Shown here one piece after another: positions 25,790-32,000 of a stretch of 32,000 nt of DNA. Position numbers and translations under genes: made by a program. Every line of letters starts with the position of its first letter. The stretch's first letter is position 1. The stretch covers positions 1,263,316 to 1,295,315 of the forward strand of contig OZ245819.1 in the NCBI GenBank assembly GCA_965228485.1, read 5' to 3'. The notes beneath the pieces were generated by a model. It was not told the origin of the DNA and did no database searches. It was given only the letters and a program-made list of their open reading frames with translations. The stretch comes from Candidatus Saccharimonadota bacterium (lineage in GTDB: Bacteria > Patescibacteriota > Gracilibacteria > UBA4473).

Positions 25790-26953
25790 TTAAGGTTCAA
25801 CAATATAGACATCAGAGCCCCCAAAAGGAAAGAGCCCAATTTTTTCATTAGTGTTAGCGTTGATCCAATTTGGTAGGTAGAGAACAAATCGGTGAGAGTG
25901 TTCAGGTTCTGCGTCAGAAGCTATATCAGTAAATAGTTTCAAAACCTTTAATTGGTTTTCTGGAAGGATTTGTGTGCTTGAAAACTTGAATGTAATAATA
26001 TCATCTTTAGCCGTTGTGTAATCGGTGATTCGTTGACCATTCATTTCTAGCCATACTCGGTCAAAGTCGTCGATTTCTCCAAAACCAATTCGTCTCAATT
26101 GTATTTCTGATAGATCAATGTCTGATTTTCTGGCCACCATTTCTAGTGCAAAGGCTCCAACATTCTTTTGTCCTGGAGTTACTTCTAATCTTTTTGATTG
26201 GTAGTCTGGGCGTTTCATATCAAGAGTCCCAGCATCATCGGTTACGGCCATTTTTATGGTGAAATTACCAGCAATATCATAGGGATCTTCTTTTGGGGTG
26301 GTGGTAACTCCTGGGTTTTTTTGGTTTTCAGTTATGTAGTTTTTATCGGCTCGAATAGCTCTATAGATCTGTTCAAAAACTTCTGCTCTGGTTGGAGAAA
26401 TAGCGGCATTAAATTTATTAGATTCTACGTTGAATGGGAGTAGTCCTTGGGTGTTTAGTGTTTCTATATAAGGTTCATACCAATTTCCTGTATGTCCTGC
26501 GGTATTTACATTAAGAATAAAGGACTTAGCGACTAGTTTGGCTACTTCGGCTCGATTAATAGAGTTTCCTGGTCTAAAGTTTCCATCTGGATACCCCTTA
26601 ATCCACCCGAGAGAATAAGCGGTCTCAATATATGGGTAAAACCAGTGCTCAGGGCGCACATCCGGGAAAGTTGGATTGATTGGGCTGATCAGTTGTTGAT
26701 CCGTGGCGTTAATAAGAATCTTTGCAAATTCAGCCCGATTGATAGTGGTATTTGGTTTTAATGTTCCATCATCATTACCACTAATTATGTCAGATCGAAG
26801 CATAGCATCAAAAGCATTTTTAGCCCAGTCCGGAACAATGGTTTTATCGGTGTAATCTTCTAATTTGTTTGTGGCCAGAGCTGAAGAAAAAAACACAGTC
26901 AAAATAAGAACTGTGCTGATTTGTGTGATGATTTTGTATTTTCTTTTAAGCAT
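25790..26953 (-). CDS. S-layer homology (3x SLH) domain protein with an unassigned beta-rich C-terminal domain
   Basis: Signal peptide ...LILTVFFSSALA. Three SLH units are present: PDWAKNAFDAM...INRAEFAKIL; FPDVRPEHWFYPYIETAYSLGWIKGYPDGNFRPGNSINRAEVAKLV; NWYEPYIETL...ISPTRAEVFEQI. Confidence 0.85.
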   Translation of the reverse strand: MLKRKYKIITQISTVLILTVFFSSALATNKLEDYTDKTIVPDWAKNAFDAMLRSDIISGNDDGTLKPNTTINRAEFAKILINATDQQLISPINPTFPDVRPEHWFYPYIETAYSLGWIKGYPDGNFRPGNSINRAEVAKLVAKSFILNVNTAGHTGNWYEPYIETLNTQGLLPFNVESNKFNAAISPTRAEVFEQIYRAIRADKNYITENQKNPGVTTTPKEDPYDIAGNFTIKMAVTDDAGTLDMKRPDYQSKRLEVTPGQKNVGAFALEMVARKSDIDLSEIQLRRIGFGEIDDFDRVWLEMNGQRITDYTTAKDDIITFKFSSTQILPENQLKVLKLFTDIASDAEPEHSHRFVLYLPNWINANTNEKIGLFPFGGSDVYIVEP

Positions 26954-26976
26954 TTGCGTTTGTTAGTCAAAACGCA

Positions 26977-27549
26977 TTATGCCGTGAGTGGTGACTCTTT
27001 TTCAACTGCTTTTTCTGGAATTACGTTTTCAATAGCTGCAAAACGTGAAGTTGTTTCCTCTGGAATGATAATCGTTACTTGGTCTCCAACCTTTGCTCGA
27101 TAAAAGGTAACCGAAGCATAAAGTACATTGTATACTTTTTTATCAACAAGTACTTGATATTGAGAACCATCTAAAACGAGGTGTCCAACAATTAGTTTTC
27201 GAGGAACAAGTTCAATCTGTTTATAGATAAAGGCCCCGTTTTCGGCGATGGTGAGTTTTAGTCTGTCGCCTTCTACAAGTTTTGATTTAGAAGCATAATT
27301 AGCCGGTACTGGATAGATGTTCCCGTCTTTATCTACCATATTTTGACCGTCAAAAGCACCTTCAATCACTTTTCCAGAATCACTGTTGTCGACTTCTAAT
27401 TGTGCTTCTTGGACAATGTTTTCAATAGATTTGCTTGGTAGACCAATAGATTTCCCAAGCTTCTCGGCCCACTTTTCTGCGGCCTTGAGAGATGATTGAG
27501 CCGCTTCAAGTGACTCGATAAGCTTTAGCATGATTTCTTTTTCTTGCAT
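26977..27549 (-). CDS. Conserved hypothetical protein (N-terminal helix plus two small beta-barrel-like modules)
   Basis: ATG 27549 (MQEKEIMLKL) is preferred over TTG 27564. VIEGAFDGQNMVDKDGNIYPVPANYASKSKLVEGDRLKL and AKVGDQVTIIIPEE look like paired SH3/KOW-like modules. I recall the YPVPxNYASKSKLVEGD block from hypothetical proteins of uncultivated bacteria but cannot name a family. Confidence 0.7.
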   Translation of the reverse strand: MQEKEIMLKLIESLEAAQSSLKAAEKWAEKLGKSIGLPSKSIENIVQEAQLEVDNSDSGKVIEGAFDGQNMVDKDGNIYPVPANYASKSKLVEGDRLKLTIAENGAFIYKQIELVPRKLIVGHLVLDGSQYQVLVDKKVYNVLYASVTFYRAKVGDQVTIIIPEETTSRFAAIENVIPEKAVEKESPLTA

Positions 27550-27572
27550 GTTTTTTTTAAACAACGGTCAGA

Positions 27573-27591
27573 CCATTTTATCAGAAAATGG
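27573..27591. promoter_or_regulatory. Perfect 7-5-7 palindrome (CCATTTT-atcag-AAAATGG) in a divergent intergenic region; candidate operator
   Basis: Seen directly. CCATTTT at 27573-27579 and AAAATGG at 27585-27591, between the divergent starts at 27549 (-) and 27656 (+). Confidence 0.3.
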
Positions 27592-27622
27592 CACTTTTTT
27601 CAATTACAATTCATCATTTTTT

Positions 27623-27650
27623 TTGCCTTTCGGGATTTGGACGCTAGTAT
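27623..27650 (+). promoter_or_regulatory. Putative promoter (TTGCCT-16 nt-TAGTAT), 5 nt from the small-peptide ATG
   Basis: TTGCCT at 27623-27628 (the same -35 hexamer as at leuS), a 16-nt spacer, TAGTAT at 27645-27650, then ATG ATG at 27656/27659. Confidence 0.3.
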
Positions 27651-27655
27651 CTCTG

Positions 27656-27841
27656 ATGATGCAAAAAATAGTTTTACCTTTAGTATTGGCTTTCGTAGTT
27701 GGTGGAATGTTTGGTTTTAGTGCTCGTGCACATCAAACTAACGTTCAACTAGATGATATTGCTGAAAATAGCCAAGCCAGATTTGTCACAGTTAGTAGCA
27801 ATCCAGGATTGGGTGGTGGCGGTGGTTCTTGTGGTTCTTAA
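27656..27841 (+). CDS. Small exported peptide (61 aa) with a Gly5-Ser-Cys-Gly-Ser C-terminus
   Basis: The in-frame ATG ATG at 27656 trims the 103-aa track ORF. Sec-type signal MMQKIVLPLVLAFVVGGMFGFSARA with an AxA site, then HQTNVQLDDIAENSQARFVTVSSNPGLGGGGGSCGS. No homologue recognised, so coding status is unproven. Confidence 0.45.
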   Translation: MMQKIVLPLVLAFVVGGMFGFSARAHQTNVQLDDIAENSQARFVTVSSNPGLGGGGGSCGS

Positions 27842-27871
27842 TCTTTATTAATTTTTTAATACACACAAAAT

Positions 27872-29038
27872 ATGAGTCCAGAGAAGAAAAAAACGACTAC
27901 AAAGAGTCGTGCAACGAAGACAACAAAAAAGAAAGTAGCTTCGAAGTCTACAACAGCGAAAAAAACTGCTGCCCCTAAAAAGGCTGAAGTAGTACAGACC
28001 GTAGAAACAAGTGCAAGTTCAGGAATGAACTGGCTGCCATGGATTTTGGTTATGGCTTTATTGGGAGTTTTGTTCGGTGTTTTCTTTGCGGATATGCATA
28101 CAAAAAATAAATTTGGAACTGGGAAAGATATGGTTGTAGTGGGAGAACAAACATGGATGCCTGTTCCAGGAAAACCCGTCGATGTGATGGTTCTTAATGA
28201 TGAAAACTGTGGTCAAGGTTGTGATACTACAGCAGCTTTGGATGCATTGCGGCAAAATATCACTCCTGCATTAATGATTTCAGAAATCTCTATTAATAGT
28301 GATGAAGGACAAAGACTTGTGAGTGAGTTAGATTTAGTGTCTGTTCCACAATATTTCTTTGGTCAGAATATTGAAGAAATGGAGGCTGAAGATGGAACAC
28401 GGTTTATCGATAATATGCCAGAAGGAATTTTGGTTCAGAATGATGATATGTATTGGATTAACGGTTCAGCTGTCGGGTTTCCAACAGGGAAATTTATTAA
28501 GGCTCCAGAATTTGCAAATTTAGATACAGAGCCTAAAAAAGGAACAGGGCCAGTTCAAGTTGTAGAATTTACTGATTATCAGTGTCCTTTCTGTAAAAGA
28601 TTATTTGATAATAATCGAGAGCTTATTGATGAACTTATAGCGGATGATAAGATTACCTATGTAGTTAAAGATTTTCCATTAGGATTTCATGCGGAAGCGC
28701 CTTTGGCTCACCAAGCGGCTAACTGTGCATTGAAAGAGTCTGGACAGGAAGCCTATTGGGATATGCATGACGAAATCTTTAACCAAACTGATAGTTGGTC
28801 TGGTAAAGGAGCTGCTGCTCGGGAGGTACTGATTAGTATTGCTAGTGGTATTGGGACAGACATTGAAGCTTGTATGTCGGAAGGAGGAATCCAAGGAGAA
28901 ATTAATGATGATATGCAAGAAGGATCTCGTTATGGAGTAACGGGAACCCCAGCTCTCTTTATTGGAACACAATTTATGCCTGGGGCTATTGGCCCGGATC
29001 AATTTCGTGCTGCTGTTGAGGCTGAATTAGCAAACTAA
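27872..29038 (+). CDS. Membrane-anchored DsbA-family thiol:disulfide oxidoreductase with a K/T/A-rich N-terminal tail
   Basis: DYQCPFCKR (CxxC) and VTGTPALFIG (cis-Pro loop) mark a DsbA-like domain. An upstream thioredoxin-like module contains ENCGQGCD. There is one TM helix, WLPWILVMALLGVLFGVFFA. The N-terminus reads MSPEKKKTTTKSRATKTTKKKVASKSTTAKKTAAPKK. Confidence 0.85.
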   Translation: MSPEKKKTTTKSRATKTTKKKVASKSTTAKKTAAPKKAEVVQTVETSASSGMNWLPWILVMALLGVLFGVFFADMHTKNKFGTGKDMVVVGEQTWMPVPGKPVDVMVLNDENCGQGCDTTAALDALRQNITPALMISEISINSDEGQRLVSELDLVSVPQYFFGQNIEEMEAEDGTRFIDNMPEGILVQNDDMYWINGSAVGFPTGKFIKAPEFANLDTEPKKGTGPVQVVEFTDYQCPFCKRLFDNNRELIDELIADDKITYVVKDFPLGFHAEAPLAHQAANCALKESGQEAYWDMHDEIFNQTDSWSGKGAAAREVLISIASGIGTDIEACMSEGGIQGEINDDMQEGSRYGVTGTPALFIGTQFMPGAIGPDQFRAAVEAELAN

Positions 29039-29055
29039 AGTTAGAAACAATTTTC

Positions 29056-29090
29056 AAAAGCTGGTCTCAAGGGTAGAGGCCAGCTTTTTT
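29056..29090 (+). terminator. Rho-independent terminator after the dsbA-like gene
   Basis: Stem AAAAGCTGGTCTC (29056-29068) / GAGGCCAGCTTTT (29076-29088) with one G-U pair and loop aagggta, running into T6. Confidence 0.7.
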
Positions 29091-29127
29091 ATTTTATTAT
29101 TTTTTAAAATTATTAATGTGTAACGCG

Positions 29128-30570
29128 ATGGAAAAAATAGTGTCATTATGTAAACGGCGTGGATTTATTTACCCAGGAAGTGAGATTTATGGAGGTTTTG
29201 GGAATTCCTACACATATGGTCCTTATGGTTCTTTACTAAAGAAAAATGTTAAAGACCTTTGGTGGAAAATGTTTGTAGAACAGAGACCAGATATAGTAGG
29301 AATTGATGGGGACATTATTTTGCATCCCCGTACTTGGGAGGCTAGTGGGCATGTGGCTACATTTAATGATCCAATGGTCGAATGTACAGAAACTAATAAA
29401 CGTTACCGTGCTGATCATCTTATTGAGGAACAAACAGGGGTGGACACTGAAGGATGGGAGCTAGATAAAATTACAAAATTTATTAAAGAAAATGGTGTGG
29501 TTTGCCCAGAAACAAAAAAACAGACTCTTGGACCGGCTCGGAAATTTAGCCAGATGTTTTCAACTAAGATGGCCAAAACTTCTGATAAGGGAGATGACTT
29601 AGCGTATCTTCGACCCGAGACGGCTCAGGCAATTTTTTTGGAATTTAAAAATGTAGTTGATTCTGCTCGAGTGAGAGTTCCTTTTGGAATTGCTCAGATT
29701 GGAAAGGCTTTTCGAAATGAAATTACACCAGGGAATTTTATTTTTCGACGTTTAGAATTTGAACAAATGGAGATAGAGTACTTTATTGTGCCACCAGAAG
29801 GTTTTGAGGAAGATGAAGAAAACTTGATGAAAATTCCACATTTAGATCAGTGGCCAAAAGAAATGCAGGATTATATTAATGGAATCTTTGATGTATGGGA
29901 AAATGCCATGAAAAATTGGTGTGACGTAATTGGCTTGGAGGCTGAACGTTGTCATATTAAAGATCATGCACCTGAAAAACTTTCACACTATTCTAAACGA
30001 ACTTTTGATATAGAGTTTGATTTTCCTTTTGGGCAAAAAGAACTTTACGGATGTGCCTACAGAACTAACTTTGATCTTTCTCAGCACGAAAAATTTTCGA
30101 AGAAAAAACTTAAATACCGTGACCCAATTACAAATAAAGAATATATTCCGCATGTGATTGAACCAACCTTTGGAGTGGATCGTTCTATTTTGGCAATTTT
30201 AACATCGGCTTATGAAGAAGAAAATCTTGAAGGAGGGGATATTCGAACAGTTTTGCGTCTTAAACCGGTTATTGCTCCAGTGAAGGTGGCGGTGCTTCCT
30301 TTAACTAAAAAAGATGGTCTACCAGAAAAAGCACAAGAAGTTTTAGCGATGGTGAGTAGTTTTGGAAATTGTGAATATGATGATGGAGGAAATATTGGGA
30401 AACGTTACCGAAGGCAAGACGAAATTGGAACTCCCGTTTGTGTAACGATTGATTATGAGACTTTTGATGATGCCTGTGTGACGGTTCGGGATAGAGATAG
30501 TATGGAACAAGAACGTGTTAGAATTGGAGTACTAGAAAACTACTTAAAAGAAAAATATTTTAGTCTTTAA
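29128..30570 (+). CDS. glyQS: Glycyl-tRNA synthetase (dimeric alpha2 type)
   Basis: MEKIVSLCKRRGFIYPGSEIYGG N-terminus, FRNEITPGNFIFR (motif 2) and C-terminal GKRYRRQDEIGTP. ATG 29116 (the track start) is also possible. TAAAAT at 29105-29110 lies 5 nt before it. Confidence 0.95.
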   Translation: MEKIVSLCKRRGFIYPGSEIYGGFGNSYTYGPYGSLLKKNVKDLWWKMFVEQRPDIVGIDGDIILHPRTWEASGHVATFNDPMVECTETNKRYRADHLIEEQTGVDTEGWELDKITKFIKENGVVCPETKKQTLGPARKFSQMFSTKMAKTSDKGDDLAYLRPETAQAIFLEFKNVVDSARVRVPFGIAQIGKAFRNEITPGNFIFRRLEFEQMEIEYFIVPPEGFEEDEENLMKIPHLDQWPKEMQDYINGIFDVWENAMKNWCDVIGLEAERCHIKDHAPEKLSHYSKRTFDIEFDFPFGQKELYGCAYRTNFDLSQHEKFSKKKLKYRDPITNKEYIPHVIEPTFGVDRSILAILTSAYEEENLEGGDIRTVLRLKPVIAPVKVAVLPLTKKDGLPEKAQEVLAMVSSFGNCEYDDGGNIGKRYRRQDEIGTPVCVTIDYETFDDACVTVRDRDSMEQERVRIGVLENYLKEKYFSL

Positions 30571-30600
30571 AAAAAGAGGGCTTAGCCCTCTTTTTTATTT
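30571..30600. terminator. Bidirectional rho-independent terminator between convergent glyQS and the TSP3-repeat gene
   Basis: AAAAAGAGGGC-tta-GCCCTCTTTTT. The GC-rich stem is flanked by an A-run and a T-run, so it can terminate transcription from either strand. Confidence 0.7.
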
Positions 30601-30601
30601 C

Positions 30602-32000
30602 TTATTTTCTTTTTTGTTTTTTGTCTTTGCGACTTTTTTTAGCCAGCAAAATTACAAGCCACCAAATTCCAATAAGTGTTCCTAGTCCAATAAGAATTAT
30701 TCGAACAATTTTTTGTCGAGTGTTTTGATCGTTTTCTTGTAGTTTAATCGTGTCTTTGCTTTCTTTTTCTAGCCATTGTCTAATCACTTCTTCGGCTACA
30801 GTATCTATTTGGTCATTTTCAAGTGTTGGAGTTTTGATCCCATTCTCGATTATTATGTTTCCTGTATTCGTAAATTTTAGAGCTTGTTTGCTTTTATTAA
30901 TACCAAATGATACAGCTTGTGTAATATCGGTTTTATTAAGCCATTCAACTTTGTCATTTACTCCATCTCCATCAGTATCGGCTTTGGTTGGATCACTTCC
31001 AATGGCATTTTCAAATTGATCATCAAGGCCATCTCCATCGGTGTCGTTTTTAGTTGGATCACTTCCTAGTTGTAGTTCGGCACTATCAGATAGTCCATCT
31101 CCATCAGTGTCTTCGTTTTTTGGATCTGTTCCTAGTTCTGCTTCATCTCGATCTGAGATTCCATCATTATCATCGTCAGGATCCAAATTATCACCTGCAC
31201 CGGTTCCATCAGAATTTACACTTTCTCTTGGATCAAGAGGGAACGCATCGGTTTTATCGTAAACTCCGTCTCCATCGGTATCTCTGTTTGTAGGGTCGTA
31301 TCCTAATTTAACTTCGTCTCCATCAGTAAGACCGTCTCCGTCAGTATCTGGGTCTAGAGGGTCACAATTGTATTTTGCTTCTTTATCGTCGTAGAGGCCG
31401 TCATTGTCATCATCTTTATCAATATTGTCTCCTAGACCGTCATTGTCGGCGTCTCCTTGCTCATATTTGTTAAGTGGAAGCATATCGACAGAATCGTTAG
31501 CCCCATCTCCGTCTGTATCCTTAAAGGCTGGATTAGTACCGAGTGCTAGTTCGTCTTCATCACTCAGCCCATCTCCATCATCATCAGTGTCTTGATTGTT
31601 TCCGATCCCATCACCATCTAGGTCAGTGGTTTCACTAGCATCAAGAGGGAAGGCGTCGAGCGAGTCAACCATACCGTCTCCATCAGTATCAGCGTTCTTT
31701 GGATCAGTCCCGAGGCTCGCCTCTGACTCATCAGAGAGTCCATCGTTATCATCGTCAGGATCACTCGCATCACCATATCTATCTCCATCAGTATTGATCG
31801 TATCCGTAGGATCTAGAGGGGCTTGATCTTGTCCATCGTAGGTTCCATCACCATCAGTATCGGGGTTGTATGGATCAGTCCCAATGTGATTTTCGTCTCG
31901 ATCCGTCATGCCATCATTGTCATCGTCAGTGTCTTCATTGTTTCCAATCCCATCGTTATCAAAATCTTCTTGCTCGCTGCTATCTTTTGGGAAGGCGTCT
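30602..32000 (-). CDS. Thrombospondin type 3 repeat (calcium-binding Asp-rich) surface protein with a C-terminal membrane anchor; the N-terminus lies beyond the right window edge
   Basis: The frame remains open upstream of the track's first Met (31909) to position 32000 (hand-checked: DAFPKDSSEQEDFDNDGIGNNEDTDDDNDG-M...). There are more than 15 DTDGDGxxDxxDxxPxD-type units. The C-terminus has a TM helix IVRIILIGLGTLIGIWWLVILLA followed by KKSRKDKKQKRK. Confidence 0.85.
   Translation of the reverse strand, partial: DAFPKDSSEQEDFDNDGIGNNEDTDDDNDGMTDRDENHIGTDPYNPDTDGDGTYDGQDQAPLDPTDTINTDGDRYGDASDPDDDNDGLSDESEASLGTDPKNADTDGDGMVDSLDAFPLDASETTDLDGDGIGNNQDTDDDGDGLSDEDELALGTNPAFKDTDGDGANDSVDMLPLNKYEQGDADNDGLGDNIDKDDDNDGLYDDKEAKYNCDPLDPDTDGDGLTDGDEVKLGYDPTNRDTDGDGVYDKTDAFPLDPRESVNSDGTGAGDNLDPDDDNDGISDRDEAELGTDPKNEDTDGDGLSDSAELQLGSDPTKNDTDGDGLDDQFENAIGSDPTKADTDGDGVNDKVEWLNKTDITQAVSFGINKSKQALKFTNTGNIIIENGIKTPTLENDQIDTVAEEVIRQWLEKESKDTIKLQENDQNTRQKIVRIILIGLGTLIGIWWLVILLAKKSRKDKKQKRK
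30950..32000 (-). repeat. Degenerate in-frame tandem repeats encoding TSP3-type Asp-rich units
   Basis: Recurring gatggagac/gatggtga-type codon blocks encode D-x-D-x-D-G-x-x-D. The shadow ORFs on the plus strand (Ser/Pro-rich) are by-products of this repeat. Confidence 0.8.

Noticed and set aside
27530-27655. N-terminal 42 codons of the 103-aa track ORF
   Set aside because: This part overlaps the divergent gene start and the promoter region and encodes implausible sequence (MISFSCMFFLNNGQ...). The signal-peptide-like sequence begins at the ATG ATG at 27656, so I trimmed the ORF.
27656-27841. Microcin B17-like RiPP (thiazole/oxazole) precursor
   Set aside because: The resemblance is limited to one Gly run plus SCG. 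The peptide has a Sec signal rather than a leader peptide, and no cyclodehydratase, dehydrogenase or ABC-exporter genes lie nearby. I kept it as an unexplained small ORF, not a RiPP call.
29039-29127. T-box or other riboswitch leaders upstream of the aaRS genes and thrC (also 1944-2059, 15097-15271, 6659-6755)
   Set aside because: The leaders are too short (under about 110 nt, and the predicted transcription starts make them far shorter). I saw no T-box consensus (..GGTGGTACCGCG..), no specifier or antiterminator architecture, and only trivial 5-bp hairpins.
1-32000. Alternative genetic code (UGA reassignment, as in some candidate phyla)
   Set aside because: All recognisable genes reach family-typical lengths under the standard code. 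TGA also acts as a plausible stop, for example at the end of the GH15 gene (complement of 21049-21051), which overlaps the next start as ATGA.

Overview
Gene-dense (about 90% coding), AT-rich (roughly 40% GC by eye) bacterial window that reads cleanly in the standard genetic code. I support 30 protein-coding features, one of them a likely gene remnant, plus one tRNA-Asp(GUC). Most of the content is housekeeping: leuS, hisS, glyQS, recR, tag, murB, purK-purE, thrC, an ArgB-like amino-acid kinase, an NAD-dependent epimerase and a GT2 glycosyltransferase. The minus strand carries a four-gene alpha-glucan operon (GT4/5-type glucan synthase, GH57, GH15, ROK glucokinase). There is also a set of envelope proteins: an SLT lytic transglycosylase, a triple-SLH protein, a membrane-anchored DsbA-like oxidoreductase, a thrombospondin-type-3 (TSP3) repeat protein and a YtxH-like protein. 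Both window edges cut genes. A ~647-codon minus-strand ORF at 1-1943 is absent from the supplied ORF track because it has no in-window stop, and the TSP3-repeat ORF at 30602-32000 stays open to the right edge. I saw no transposase, integrase, CRISPR array, toxin-antitoxin pair or recognisable defence gene, and I cannot point to a convincing multi-gene novel system. This looks like an ordinary core region of a small, streamlined genome. A Patescibacteria/CPR-like origin is only a guess from gene content and style. The best leads are all modest. (1) A small exported peptide ending in GGGGGSCGS lies 30 nt upstream of the DsbA-like gene. (2) Shine-Dalgarno motifs are almost absent, and sigma70-like promoters sit 5-9 nt from several start codons, which suggests leaderless or near-leaderless mRNAs. 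(3) The untracked SLT protein has a long non-homologous N-terminal region. (4) The leuS/argB-like spacer is a decayed locus holding a DUF4238-like gene stub and a composite inverted repeat that carries a TGnTATAAT promoter. (5) Two membrane proteins carry histone-H1-like AKK repeat tails. (6) The glucan synthase/GH57/GH15/ROK operon has an archaeal flavour. All functional calls come from motifs I recognised by eye. No database search was run.
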